Notes: generated from the sequence alone by a model not told the origin. Shown: positions 9,455 through 18,955, counted from the first letter of the stretch. The stretch is DNA of 64,000 bases from an uncultured Chloroflexia bacterium (GCA_963735785.1 CAVTMH010000003.1:293708-357707); one strand, 5' to 3'. Numbers and translations: made by a program.

Positions 9455-9658
9455 ATGGCCACCGGTACCATCAAGAAGGTCGTCGCCGATCGCGGCTTCG
9501 GCTTCATCTCCGCCGAGGATGAGAAGGAATACTTCTTCCATCGTGGCGGACTCGACACCTCGCTCGATTTCGACCGCCTTGTCGGCGGCGAGCCCGTCGT
9601 CTTTGACGTCGAGCAGAGCCCCAAGGGCCCGCGCGCCAACAACGTGCGCTCCGCCTAG
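9455..9658 (+). CDS. cspA: cold-shock protein (CspA family)
   Basis: MATGTIKKVVADRGFGFISAEDEKEYFFH contains the RNP1 (GFGFI) and RNP2 motifs. A GGAGG Shine-Dalgarno sits 5 nt upstream of the ATG. The gene has a long 5' leader. Confidence 0.92.
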   Translation: MATGTIKKVVADRGFGFISAEDEKEYFFHRGGLDTSLDFDRLVGGEPVVFDVEQSPKGPRANNVRSA

Positions 9659-9666
9659 CCCGAGCC

Positions 9667-9696
9667 GAGCGGCCCGCCCATCCGGACGGGCCGCTC
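9667..9696 (+). terminator. GC-rich hairpin downstream of csp
   Basis: gagcggcccg-cccatccgga-cgggccgctc forms a 10-bp perfect stem. No U-tract follows, which is usual for Actinobacteria. Confidence 0.45.
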
Positions 9697-9818
9697 CAAC
9701 GGACACGAACGAGGCGGCCCATCGCTGAGGTCGGCCGCGGCGCTCGTCCGCACAGCACCACATACGGCGCGCCCGTCCCGTCCGTCCCCGTGGGACCGGT
9801 GCGGCGCCGCACTAGAGG

Positions 9819-10997
9819 ATCCACGACATCACTCGGACCGCGTTCGTCTCCAGTTACCCGCCGCGTCGTTGTGGGATCGCCACGTTCACGCGCGACCTGG
9901 CCGCGGCGACGGGCGACCGTGAGATCGCGGTCCTGCTCCCGCCCGAGCGGGGCACGCCGTTCCCGCTCGAGGTCCATCACCGGATCCGGCGTGACGAACG
10001 CGCCGATTACGCCCACACCGCGCGCGCCCTTGGCGCCTGTGTCGAGATGGTGTCCATCCAGCACGACTACGCCATCTGGGGTGGCACGGACGGTGAGTAC
10101 ATCCTCGACTTCGTCGGCGCCCTCGAGGTCCCGGCGGTCGCCACCCTCCATACGATCCTGCGGTCGCCGACCCCGCGCCAGCGAACGATCCTCTCGGACC
10201 TCGTGGCCAGCGTCGACTCCACGGTCGTGATGTCCAAGGCCGCCGCGAAGCTCCTCGTCTCGGATTACGGCGTCAACAGGCGCCGCGTCGAGGTGATCCC
10301 GCACGGCGTCCCGGACCTGCCCCTGGCCGAGCCCGCCGTGATCAAGGCGGCGCTGGGACTCGATGGTCGCCAGGTGATCCTGAGCTTCGGCCTCCTCGGC
10401 CCGTCGAAGGGACACGAGCTCATGCTCGATGCGCTGCCGGCGATCGTCGCGGCACACCCTCGCGTCTGTTACGTGATCGTCGGCGCAACGCACCCTGACG
10501 TGCTCACGGCCGACGGCGAGATCTACCGGGACGCGCTGGTCGCCCGGGTCAAGGCGCTCAAGATGGGCGATCACGTCCGGTTCGTCGACACGTTCGCCCA
10601 CCGAGTGGAGATGACCCGCTGGCTCCAGGCGGCCGACGTCTTCGTCACGCCCTATCCCGACATGGACCAGATGGTCTCGGGCGCGCTGTCCTATGCGATG
10701 GGTGCCGGCCGCGCGATCGTCTCGACGCCGTACGCCTACGCGACGGAGCTCCTGGCCGAGCGTCGTGGCGTCCTCGTGCCGCCCGGTTCGCCGGACGGAT
10801 TCGCGGGGGCCATCAATGACATCCTGGCGGACGACGCCCTGCGGGCCGCCCTGGGACGTCGTGCATACGAGTACAGTCGCCGGATGGTCTGGTCGAACGT
10901 CGGCGCGCAGTACCGCGACCTGTTCCGGCGTGTCGGGACCGCAGCCGCGGTCGCGGGCGTCGCCGTCCCGGCCGGTCTGGCCACGCTCAACGCCTGA
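9819..10997 (+). CDS. GT-B glycosyltransferase (GT4 family); start codon unresolved
   Basis: The in-frame translation upstream of the ORF-track ATG at 10047 continues as …TRTAFVSSYPPRRCGIATFTRDLAAATGDREIAVLLPPERG…, which is the typical GT4 N-terminus. An in-frame TAG lies at 9813. No canonical start codon sits between it and AFVSS. The start is either non-ATG or disturbed by an indel. Confidence 0.7.
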   Translation: MHDITRTAFVSSYPPRRCGIATFTRDLAAATGDREIAVLLPPERGTPFPLEVHHRIRRDERADYAHTARALGACVEMVSIQHDYAIWGGTDGEYILDFVGALEVPAVATLHTILRSPTPRQRTILSDLVASVDSTVVMSKAAAKLLVSDYGVNRRRVEVIPHGVPDLPLAEPAVIKAALGLDGRQVILSFGLLGPSKGHELMLDALPAIVAAHPRVCYVIVGATHPDVLTADGEIYRDALVARVKALKMGDHVRFVDTFAHRVEMTRWLQAADVFVTPYPDMDQMVSGALSYAMGAGRAIVSTPYAYATELLAERRGVLVPPGSPDGFAGAINDILADDALRAALGRRAYEYSRRMVWSNVGAQYRDLFRRVGTAAAVAGVAVPAGLATLNA

Positions 10998-11016
10998 ACC
11001 CGCGCGGCGACAAGCG

Positions 11017-11911
11017 ATGCGACTGGGCGCGGTCGTCCCCCAAGGCTGGGTCGGCGAGTACGACGGCTGGGACCCGCTCGACGCATGGCGACGCACGACG
11101 GACGTCGCCAAGCAAGCCGAGCGGCTCGGGTTCGAAATCGATCTGGCTGTTCGACCATTTCCAGACGGTCCCGCGTCCGACCGACGAGATCACCTTCGAG
11201 TCGTTCACCTCGTTGTCGGCCCTGGCCGCGGTGACCGAGCGCATCCGGTTGGGCCACATCGTCATCTGCACGGCGTTCCGTAACCCGGCACTGACCGCGA
11301 AGATGATCTCGACGATGGACTCCATCAGCGGCGGCCGGATGGAGCTCGGCATCGGGGCCGGCTGGAAGAAGGACGAATGGCTGGCCTACGGCTACGGGTT
11401 TCCCGGGACCAGGGAGCGACTGGATCGGCTGGCAGATGACCTGGAGGTCATCACGCGGATGCTCGATGGCGACCGCCACCAGCACGCGACCTACGAGGGC
11501 AAGGTCTCGCGGGTCCGCGGCGCGATCAACGTGCCCAAACCGATCCAGCGGCCACGCGTGCCGATCGTGGTCGGCGGAAACGGCCCGAACGTGACGTGGA
11601 GGCTGGCGGCCCGCCACGCCGACGAGCTCAATGTCGACGGCCTGTCACCCGAGGAGCTCGCGGAGGCGCTCCCGGTGATTCGGAGCCGGTGCGAGGAGAT
11701 CGGACGGGACCCCGCCACGCTGGCCGTGTCGGTCCACGTGTGGGGCGAGGACATCACGGGGCGCGGCGCGCAGCGGGTCGAGCGATTGGCGAGCTATCGG
11801 GAGCTCGGCGTCAGCCGAGCGATCGGCCTCGTCCGCGACTCGGCGCGAACCGACGAGGCGCTCGAGGCGCTGGTTGACGATGCCCGCGCAGCGGGGGTGG
11901 AGCTCTCCTAG
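11017..11911 (+). CDS. LLM-class (luciferase-like) flavin/F420-dependent oxidoreductase, with one frame break near 11144
   Basis: The N-terminus reads MRLGAVVPQGWVGEYDGWDPLDAWRRTTDVAKQAERLGFE in one frame. The remainder reads …SIWLFDHFQTVPRPTDEITFESFTSLSALAAVTERIRLGH…RPRVPIVVGGNGP in the next frame. The break is at ttcgaaatcgatc, an aaa run. Confidence 0.7.
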
Positions 11912-11927
11912 GTCGAGCCGAGCGGGA

Positions 11928-12377
11928 TCACCGGACCCGGCCGGCCTTGAGCGCCTCGACCGACCTGGCGATCCGTCGCTGGCGCGTCTCATCCGTCTTC
12001 GCGCCCGTGACCTGGAGCACGTGCCAACCCCTGTTGCTGTTCGACAGACCGTCGAACGTGCGGCGGGCTTCGGGCTCGGCTGCCAGCGCCGCGACAAGAT
12101 CGTCAGGGACGATCACCTCGCGCGGTGCGGTGTCGAGCGCGATGTCGACGTCGACCACGTCGCCTCCGGTGACACCGGCACCCGCCCGGTTCTCCGCGCT
12201 GACGCCGACCATGTACTGGCCGCCCAAAACCGCGATCGTGCTGCGGTACGTGAAGCCGTTGATCGTCACCGTGACGGCCGGACGCTTGCCCGAGCCGAGC
12301 GCCTCGACGATCTCGTGGGGGACACGGATGCCTGTCGCTGTCTTGTCGCCTTGCAGGATGGTCGTCCGAAAACGCAT
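11928..12377 (-). CDS. DUF1905 (YdeI/OmpD-associated) family protein
   Basis: The translation MRFRTTILQGDKTATGIRVPHEIVEALGSGKRPAVTVTINGFTYRSTIAVLGGQYMVGVSAE matches the DUF1905 pattern. Confidence 0.7.
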   Translation of the reverse strand: MRFRTTILQGDKTATGIRVPHEIVEALGSGKRPAVTVTINGFTYRSTIAVLGGQYMVGVSAENRAGAGVTGGDVVDVDIALDTAPREVIVPDDLVAALAAEPEARRTFDGLSNSNRGWHVLQVTGAKTDETRQRRIARSVEALKAGRVR

Positions 12378-12539
12378 GGCGGTGTTCCCTCTAGGCGTCG
12401 GCGAGACGCTGGACGATCATCGTTGCTCTCGAGGCCTCGGCATCCTCCAGCTGCTCACGCGCCTCCGCCCATGGTGTCGCGGTCGCTCCGTCGCTGCTGA
12501 ACCGCGGATCCAGCTCCGCGGCGGGTCCAGGATCGCCCA

Positions 12540-13922
12540 TCACGCGCCCGCTGCGGGCGGGATGTTCTGGTTCAGGCGGAACATGTTGGTCGGGTCGTAG
12601 CGCCGCTTGATCTCGGCGAGCCGGTCCCAGGTGCTCCCCGGATACGCCGCTCGGATGCGCGCCTCGCCCTCGTCCACCAGGAAGTTGACGTACGCGCCGC
12701 TGTCGCCCTGGTGCAGGGCGGCGGTGAACTCGGCCACCCAGGCCTCGCGGGTTGGCTTGTCGTCGGGCCCGTCGTAGAACGCGGCGACGTTCACCATGAT
12801 CCGGCTGGTCCGGTGCGCGTAGGCCGTGGCGTCGTCCGGCACCCGCGCCGCTTCTCCGCCGAGGACGCGCAATTGCGCCACCCGCATCGACGCATCCGAG
12901 GCAGCGAGGAACTCCATGATCGTCTCGGCGACGCGCCGATCGACGGTGTCGATGAACATGGTGCGTGCCACGGCGGTCGGGTGGTACGAGTCGTCATCCG
13001 GCGGGTACATGTCGGCGTACGGCTGGACCTGCAACATGTCGACGATGGGCTCGGCGATCGCGCGGAACGGGGCGAGCGCCCCCTGACCGGTCTCGGCCTC
13101 GCCGGCGTACGTCATCAGGGCCATGTTCACGAGCGTCCCGTGGTGCTCCTCCGGCACGAACGGCATGGGTGGGCAAGGCATGACGTTGGCGATCGTCGAC
13201 AACTCGTCGGGCGCCGCCTCGGCGGCCGCGATGAACGCGGAGATGGTGTCGGCCGTCGCGGGCAGGATCAGCATGCCGCCGATCGTCGACTCGAGTGGAT
13301 GGAGCCGGAACCGGAACCTCGTCGCGACGCCGAAGTTGCCGCCGCCGCCACGGATCGCCCAGAACAGGTCCGGATTGTGCTCGGTGTCGGCGCGCAGGAG
13401 CTCGCCATCGGCGGTCACGATATCGACCGCCAGGAGCGAATCGATCGTGAGTCCGTGCTTCCGCACGAGGTAGCCGACGCCGCCACCGAGCGTGATCCCG
13501 CCGAGCCCGACCGATCCCGTGTCGCCGAACCCCGTGGCGAGGCCGTGCGCGCCCGCCGCGGTCGTGTACTCCGCGGCAGTCAGGCCTGCCTCGGCCCACG
13601 CCGTCCGCCCATCGACATCGATCTCGATACCCTTCATGTCCCGAAGGTCGAGCACGATCCCACCCTCGGTCACGCTGTGGCCAGCGCCGCTGTGCCCGCC
13701 GCTGCGAACCGCGAGCTGGAGGCCGGTGTCGCGGGCCATGCCGACCACGTACCGGACGTCGGCCACGTCGGCAACGCGCACGATGACGGCGGGCCGGCGG
13801 TCGATGCCGCCGGCGACGACGGTCCGCGCATCGTCGTAGCCCGGATCATCGGGCCCGATCACGCGGCCCTGGACTCCGGCGCGGATCGCGGGGATGGACA
13901 GGGTGGCGGTGCGGGTCGTCAC
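12540..13922 (-). CDS. FAD-binding (PCMH-type, BBE-like) oxidoreductase
   Basis: The translation contains RSGGHSGAGHSV…GGGVGYLVRKHGLTIDSLLAVDIVTADGEL…RGGGGNFGVAT. Confidence 0.85.
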   Translation of the reverse strand: MTTRTATLSIPAIRAGVQGRVIGPDDPGYDDARTVVAGGIDRRPAVIVRVADVADVRYVVGMARDTGLQLAVRSGGHSGAGHSVTEGGIVLDLRDMKGIEIDVDGRTAWAEAGLTAAEYTTAAGAHGLATGFGDTGSVGLGGITLGGGVGYLVRKHGLTIDSLLAVDIVTADGELLRADTEHNPDLFWAIRGGGGNFGVATRFRFRLHPLESTIGGMLILPATADTISAFIAAAEAAPDELSTIANVMPCPPMPFVPEEHHGTLVNMALMTYAGEAETGQGALAPFRAIAEPIVDMLQVQPYADMYPPDDDSYHPTAVARTMFIDTVDRRVAETIMEFLAASDASMRVAQLRVLGGEAARVPDDATAYAHRTSRIMVNVAAFYDGPDDKPTREAWVAEFTAALHQGDSGAYVNFLVDEGEARIRAAYPGSTWDRLAEIKRRYDPTNMFRLNQNIPPAAGA

Positions 13923-13971
13923 GCGGCGACTCCTTTGCTGATCCCCGTTCGCCGGTCGGATCGGCGATCGG

Positions 13972-14355
13972 TCAGGCCGGTGCTTCGTCCAGCACGGCCA
14001 TGATGTTGCCCGATGGATCGGTGAACCAGGCGATCGTCGGACCGTTGCCGCGGCTGATGCCCTTGTCGTCCTGCCCGAAGTCCGGTCCGTAATGCTCCAT
14101 CCGAACCCCGGCCGCCGTGATCCGATCGACCGCGGCGTCGACGTCTTTCACCGGGAAGTTCAGGATCGTGTAGTTCGCCGGCTGGTGGTCGTCCTTCGGA
14201 TAGACGAGGACGACCGCGCCGCTCCCGAGGTGCAGCTCGAGCATGCCCATCGGGCCGTCTCGCGCGTCCAGTCCGAGCGTCTCGCCATAGAAGGATCTCG
14301 CAGCGTCGATGTCCTTCACTGCGAAACCCGAGAATGCCTTGCTGTCCTTGAACAC
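13972..14355 (-). CDS. VOC/glyoxalase family protein
   Basis: The translation contains [29 protein letters not shown]…[22 protein letters not shown]. Confidence 0.8.
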   Translation of the reverse strand: MFKDSKAFSGFAVKDIDAARSFYGETLGLDARDGPMGMLELHLGSGAVVLVYPKDDHQPANYTILNFPVKDVDAAVDRITAAGVRMEHYGPDFGQDDKGISRGNGPTIAWFTDPSGNIMAVLDEAPA

Positions 14356-14530
14356 GGTTGACTCCTCCTCGCTGGGGCGCGCCAGAGGACCTTACCGCTC
14401 GACGCCGCAGACTGCACCGATCGACGCGTAGCCGCAAGGACCGCCCACCGGTGCGCAGCCCCGTCGCAACGAGCCGCCAGCGAGGATCACGGAGCACACC
14501 CCACCGAGGTGGCACGTGGAGGACGCTGAC

Positions 14531-14737
14531 ATGACCGACCGACGAGACACCGGCGAACCACTGGAGCGACCGCACGAGATCGACGGGCCCGACGATCAGC
14601 GCCGCGACGGCCGACCCGCGACCGCGGGGTCGGACGACCTGGGGTCCGGCCGCCCGGCCTCGGAGACCCCGACGGTGGCGCCGGAGGAGGAGGGCGGCGA
14701 GCCATCGACGGAGCACGCCCCTGGATCAGACCTCTAG
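14531..14737 (+). CDS. hypothetical small acidic, predicted-disordered protein (68 aa)
   Basis: A GGAGG Shine-Dalgarno sits 8 nt before the ATG. The composition is Asp/Glu/Pro/Gly-rich. The gene is convergent with the DUF1801 gene and overlaps it by 4 bp. It could be a high-GC artefact. Confidence 0.25.
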   Translation: MTDRRDTGEPLERPHEIDGPDDQRRDGRPATAGSDDLGSGRPASETPTVAPEEEGGEPSTEHAPGSDL

Positions 14738-15168
14738 GCGGGCGGTTCCCACTCCCGGTCGAAGTCTCGCGCCAGCCGCTCGGCACGCGACAGCAGGGCC
14801 ACTCGGGCCGCGTCACGGGTGAGGCGCTCCAGGGCGTCGGTGGGGATCGGCTGGCCCTCGACGAACGTCGTGAACCGGACCTGTCGCAGGCCCAGGTGTG
14901 TCCCTTCCAGGAGACCGTCCGGATCTGCCATCCAGGCGCCGTACTCGAACCCGAGATGGACGTGGATCGGCTCGGGAGCGACATAGGCGAAGTACCGCGA
15001 ACGCCGACCGCTGGGTACCTCGTACCCGATCAGACGCCAGCCGCCGCGCACGCGCTCGATCGCCTCGGGCACGGCGCGTCTGACCACCGCGCGCAGGATC
15101 TCGGCGGCGTCGCGGATGCCGGCCGGATACCCGGCGAGGAACGCCTCGGCTGGGAGCACGTCACGCAT
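14734..15168 (-). CDS. DUF1801 (YdhG-like) domain protein
   Basis: The translation contains AFLAGYPAGIRDAAEILRAVVRRAVPEAIERVRGGWRLIGYEV…YFAYVAPEPIHVHLGF. Confidence 0.7.
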   Translation of the reverse strand: MRDVLPAEAFLAGYPAGIRDAAEILRAVVRRAVPEAIERVRGGWRLIGYEVPSGRRSRYFAYVAPEPIHVHLGFEYGAWMADPDGLLEGTHLGLRQVRFTTFVEGQPIPTDALERLTRDAARVALLSRAERLARDFDREWEPPA

Positions 15169-15310
15169 CAGGACATGATGCCGGAAGGTCGGTCAGGAGC
15201 GGATTTGGGGTAGTGACGTGCGTGGAGGTCATGGGTTATGATGTCTGCCGGTCATGGACATAGCCGTGACCAACACATAGCACGACGCAACGCGGACTCC
15301 TCTCACGACT

Positions 15311-15337
15311 GGCGCGAGAACCCGACGGGAACGCGCC
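15311..15337 (+). promoter_or_regulatory. nested stem-loop in the 5' leader of the zinc-ribbon gene
   Basis: ggcgcg-agaa-cccg-a-cggg-aa-cgcgcc lies 25 nt upstream of the TTG start. The GAAGGAG Shine-Dalgarno follows it. Confidence 0.3.
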
Positions 15338-15361
15338 GGCTATCGAGAAGGAGCCTTTCTT

Positions 15362-15733
15362 TTGTATAACGACAAGAATCTGACCTGCGCGGACTGTGGA
15401 CAGGAATTCGTGTTCACCGCCTCCGAGCAGGATTTCTACGCCCAGCGCGGCTTCACCGAGCCGCGCCGCTGTCCCTCCTGCCGTGCCAGCCGCAAGGCTG
15501 CGCGCAACGCAGAGGGTGGCGGCTCCTCGTACGGCGGCAGCTCGTACGGTGGCGGGTATTCCAGCGGCGCCGGCAGCTACGGCGGCGGTGGTGGCGGCGG
15601 CTACGAGCGTGCCCCGCGCGAGATGTTCGAGGCGACGTGCTCGTCCTGTGGCAAGGAAGCCCAGGTCCCGTTCCGTCCCACGAGCGGCAAGCCCGTCTAC
15701 TGCAGCGACTGCTTCCGCAGCCAGCGGGGCTAA
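15362..15733 (+). CDS. zinc-ribbon protein: two CxxC pairs separated by a Gly/Ser/Tyr-rich low-complexity linker
   Basis: The start is a TTG preceded by GAAGGAG. The N-terminal half has CADCGQEF…CPSC. The C-terminal half has CSSCGKEAQVPFRPTSGKPVYCSDC. Between them lies GGGSSYGGSSYGGGYSSGAGSYGGGGGGGY. Confidence 0.8.
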   Translation: MYNDKNLTCADCGQEFVFTASEQDFYAQRGFTEPRRCPSCRASRKAARNAEGGGSSYGGSSYGGGYSSGAGSYGGGGGGGYERAPREMFEATCSSCGKEAQVPFRPTSGKPVYCSDCFRSQRG

Positions 15734-17114
15734 CGCACCCGATCCCTCGCAGGGGGCCGTTCCGCGGCCTCCCTGACGAAGCACCAAGACCGACCCGGAT
15801 CGTCAGTCGATCCGGGTCGTTTCGAATTCTGGGAGCGTGCGCGGCTTCGCGAGGACCGGCCGGGGCCTGAGGGCGCACGACGGCAAGCCGCCGACGGAGT
15901 GCGAGCTGCGGCACTCCCTTCAGGTCCAGGTGCTCGGCGTCGACGAACCCGAGGAAGCGGGCCAGTCCTCGGGCCATCGCGTCCGCGAACGCCTCGTCCC
16001 TGGCAAGCGCCTCGTCTTCGACCCAGAGACCGAGGATCCGGAGCGTCCGGTCGATGCGGTCCAGCTTGGCGTCGAAACGGGCGACGAGGGTGTCCCCCCA
16101 GAGCACGGGCAGTACGTAGTAGCCGTACTTGCGCTTCGACGCGGGCGTGTAGACCTCCCATCGATAGTGGAAGTCGAACAGTTCCTCGGCGCGACCACGC
16201 ACCGGATCTAACGGCGACAGGAAGGTGGCTTCCTCGTCGGTCGTCGTGTCCCGTGGCTTCCAGCCCTTCGGCACACGCCCGGCCTCCAGCGCCTCGAGGG
16301 TCGGGGCGTCGCTCCCGAGCGCCCAATGCGGGCTCCGCCAACCCTCCACGCGGACCTCGATGAGGTCGCCGTCCGCCACGCGCTCGTCCCGCCAAGCCTT
16401 GAACTCCGCGGGCGTGATGTCGCGCTCGAGCGTGGCCTTGACCCCGGCGAATTTGGTCAGCCCCTGTGCCGCCACCATCTTGCGCAACAGGAAATCGTCT
16501 GCCTCGGCGTCCGAGCTCTCGCGGATCAGGTCCAGGGGTGCGACCGCGTCCGTCGGGGCATACACCCGCTCGAAGCGCTCTCGCCGGCTGACCATGGCCT
16601 CGCCCGTGCGCCACAGGTAGTACAGCGCGACCGCGCTGTCCTTCCGACCACGATAGCTGTCGACGCGTGTACGGGCACTCATCGTGAAGTCCCGGTTCGA
16701 GACCGTCCCGCGCGCTCGCAGCACCTCACGCATCTCGGCGATCGCGGTGGCGTGCTCGCGGGCGAAGGCCTGCCAGCGTGGGCTTGCGCGCTCACGCCGC
16801 ATCAGCACGCGCCAATGCGGCAGCTCGTCCATCGGGCGCACCGCCAGCCAGCCGCCCCAGTCGAAGAACCGGCGCTTGTCGTAGGTCAGCGTCGCCCAGT
16901 CCTCAAGCCGATAGTCGATCACCCGGGACTGGAGCATCAGGTCGTGCGCCCGGGCGATGACCACGAGGGGGTCGAGCTGGAGGTGCTCCATCGCGCGCAT
17001 GGCCTGCTCGGTTCCGCGCAGCCCGGTCCAGCGCCGGCCCGGCCATAACCCCTGCCGTCCGAGGATGAAGCGCCGCGCAGTTCGGAGCGTGACGGTGGCG
17101 GTCATGGCCGCCAC
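15453..17114 (-). CDS. YcaQ-family winged-helix protein (DUF1006; DNA crosslink-repair glycosylase family); the ORF runs about 140 codons past the likely true C-terminus
   Basis: Residues 1 to about 400 are well conserved (…KRKYGYYVLPVLWGDTLVARFDAKLDRIDRTLRILGLWVED…HLDLKGV). Beyond that the frame has no stop until 15453. The tail is low complexity and antisense to the zinc-ribbon gene. A TGA occurs one frame off at 15920-15922. Confidence 0.7.
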   Translation of the reverse strand: MAAMTATVTLRTARRFILGRQGLWPGRRWTGLRGTEQAMRAMEHLQLDPLVVIARAHDLMLQSRVIDYRLEDWATLTYDKRRFFDWGGWLAVRPMDELPHWRVLMRRERASPRWQAFAREHATAIAEMREVLRARGTVSNRDFTMSARTRVDSYRGRKDSAVALYYLWRTGEAMVSRRERFERVYAPTDAVAPLDLIRESSDAEADDFLLRKMVAAQGLTKFAGVKATLERDITPAEFKAWRDERVADGDLIEVRVEGWRSPHWALGSDAPTLEALEAGRVPKGWKPRDTTTDEEATFLSPLDPVRGRAEELFDFHYRWEVYTPASKRKYGYYVLPVLWGDTLVARFDAKLDRIDRTLRILGLWVEDEALARDEAFADAMARGLARFLGFVDAEHLDLKGVPQLALRRRLAVVRPQAPAGPREAAHAPRIRNDPDRLTIRVGLGASSGRPRNGPLRGIGCVSPAGCGSSRCSRRACRSWDGTGPGLPCHRTSTSPRTSRAGHARSRRHHRRRSCRRRWNTRHRTSCRRTRSRHPLRCAQPCGWHGRRDSGAAR

Positions 17115-17185
17115 GATGCCATCCCGCGCCCCACCGCCGCTCGGCGATACGCTTGGCGCGACGACGTTCGCAGTGGTGAGGAGAC

Positions 17186-17563
17186 ATGCCGAACCTGGTC
17201 GACATCGAAGACGTCCCGGCCCTCGACGTCTGGGGCGAGACGGTCCAGGCCCGCGTGGTGGCCGGGTCGAACGCGAGCCTGGCGCTGGTGGAGCTGGCGC
17301 CCGGGGCGGTCGTGCCCGAACACCGTCACGCCCACGAGCAGCTGGGCATGTGCGTCGAGGGCAGCATCACGTTCACCGTCGACGGGGAGCGACGCGAGCT
17401 CGGCCCGGGCGGCACGTGGCGGATCCCGTCCGATCGACCGCACGATGCTGTCGCGGGCCCGGACGGGGCGGTCGTCGTGGACATCTTCTCGCCCGTCCGG
17501 GCGGACTGGGACGCGCTTCCGCGCTCCGCCCCGCGCCCCGCTCGCTGGCCACGGCCAGGTTGA
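17186..17563 (+). CDS. cupin domain protein
   Basis: The translation contains LAPGAVVPEHRHAHEQLGMCVEGSITFTVDGERRELGPGGTWRIPSDRPHD. Confidence 0.75.
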   Translation: MPNLVDIEDVPALDVWGETVQARVVAGSNASLALVELAPGAVVPEHRHAHEQLGMCVEGSITFTVDGERRELGPGGTWRIPSDRPHDAVAGPDGAVVVDIFSPVRADWDALPRSAPRPARWPRPG

Positions 17564-17578
17564 GGTCGGCGCCGGCCG

Positions 17579-18502
17579 TCACCGTGGTGGCGCCTGCAGG
17601 AACGCCGTCAACGGGAGCTGCTCGGCGGCCGGCTCGGGCCTTGGCGTGATGGGCCGCCGTCGCCGGTCGGCAAGGCCGTGCTGGCGGGCCAGTTCGCGCA
17701 CTTGGCGTCGAACGGGTTCCAGGGTCTCCTTCGGGACGTAGGCGCGACCCTCGTACAGCTGCTCGTACATCGGCAACAGGTCCGGCCAGTCGCGGGCGAG
17801 GCTGTCGAGGAAGTGCTCGCGCGTGCCTGGTCGCAGGTACAAGACGTTCGTCCAGACCGAGGTCGCGCCCGCGTCGCGGGCGGCACGAACGACATCGGCC
17901 ATCTTCGCCGGGTCGTCCGACAGGCCCGGCAGGATCGGCGCCATGCCGACGCTCGCATCGATGCCGGCGTCGATGAGCGCCCGGATCGCTCGCAGGCGCT
18001 GAGCTGGCGGTGCGGTCCCGGGCTCGGTCCGGCGCCAGATGTCGGGGTCGAGCGTCGGGATCGAGAAGGTCACGCCCACCTTCGCGCGGCGCGACGCCTC
18101 CGCCAGGACGTCGACATCGCGGACGATGAGGGGGCCCCGGGTGATCAGCCCGATCGGTGTGCTGGACTCGGCGAGCGCTTCGATCGCACCGCGCGTGATG
18201 CGGTAGCGGCCTTCGGCGGGCTGGTACGGGTCCGTCGCGGTCCCGACGACCACCTGTTCGCGCTTCCAGGACTTCCGCCCGAGCTCCCGTCGGAGCACCT
18301 CGACGAGGTTGGTCTTGACCCGGATGGACGTGCCGTAGCGAGCATCGGATGGGCGGTCGGCCATCAGTTCGAACGCCCGCACGAAGCAGAACGTGCACTG
18401 ATGAACGCAGCCCATGTATGGGTTGAGCGACCAGGAGAACGTCATCTTCCGGACGCGGTTCAGCGCCGTTCGACAGGGTTCCTCGCGGTAGACCGGTCGC
18501 AT
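17579..18502 (-). CDS. Rv2578c-family radical SAM protein
   Basis: The translation contains LNPYMGCVHQCTFCFVR and a TIM-barrel C-terminus. The first ATG is at 18502. The in-frame upstream region back to about 18568 (SFDLAAVSVRRAYIERLFYHPE) also looks homologous but has no canonical start. The ORF-track start at 18835 gives an Arg/Pro junk N-terminus. Confidence 0.75.
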   Translation of the reverse strand: MRPVYREEPCRTALNRVRKMTFSWSLNPYMGCVHQCTFCFVRAFELMADRPSDARYGTSIRVKTNLVEVLRRELGRKSWKREQVVVGTATDPYQPAEGRYRITRGAIEALAESSTPIGLITRGPLIVRDVDVLAEASRRAKVGVTFSIPTLDPDIWRRTEPGTAPPAQRLRAIRALIDAGIDASVGMAPILPGLSDDPAKMADVVRAARDAGATSVWTNVLYLRPGTREHFLDSLARDWPDLLPMYEQLYEGRAYVPKETLEPVRRQVRELARQHGLADRRRRPITPRPEPAAEQLPLTAFLQAPPR

Positions 18503-18572
18503 CTCCGGATGATAGAACAGGCGTTCGATATACGCTCGGCGAACGGAGACCGCGGCAAGATCGAAGGAACGC

Positions 18573-18869
18573 TCAGCCCGGCGCGGCGGACGCGCCGGCC
18601 GGGGCGGACGCTCCCGGTGAGCCGGAGGCCGCCGGAGAGCCGCCCGGACCTGCGGAGCCCGATGGCGCAGCGAGTGGTGGGGGCGACGTCGCGGGCGATG
18701 CCCCCACGGACGGCGACGCTGCGGGGGATGCCGGCGGTTCGGCGGATGCCTCGCCCGACGCGGGTGGCAGACTCGGGCCGAAGGACCAGCTGGATGACGC
18801 GCCGCCGGGGCTCGAACAGCCGGCCACCGCGGCACAGACGAACACGACGACGGCGAGGGATCGAAGCAT
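18573..18869 (-). CDS. small putative lipoprotein with a Pro/Ala/Ser-rich tail
   Basis: MLRSLAVVVFVCAAVAGCSS is a signal peptide with a VAGC lipobox. An 80-aa PAS-rich segment follows. The gene lies between the alpha/beta hydrolase gene and the radical SAM gene on the same strand. Confidence 0.4.
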   Translation of the reverse strand: MLRSLAVVVFVCAAVAGCSSPGGASSSWSFGPSLPPASGEASAEPPASPAASPSVGASPATSPPPLAAPSGSAGPGGSPAASGSPGASAPAGASAAPG

Positions 18870-18955
18870 CGATTCGATCCTGGCCGATGGCGAGCTGCCG
18901 GTCGGTCGATCGCGGCTTCGCGCGGTGTTGCAGCATCATCAAAGATCCTCGGGTG

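Noticed and set aside
11130-11150. tRNA-like T-arm sequence gggttcgaaatcg.
   Set aside because: It lies inside the LLM oxidoreductase coding region and encodes GFE/SIW. No acceptor, D or anticodon stems are around it.
18503-18835. Radical SAM N-terminal extension back to the ATG at 18835.
   Set aside because: The extension is Arg/Pro/His-rich junk. It overlaps a better-looking lipoprotein ORF in another frame.
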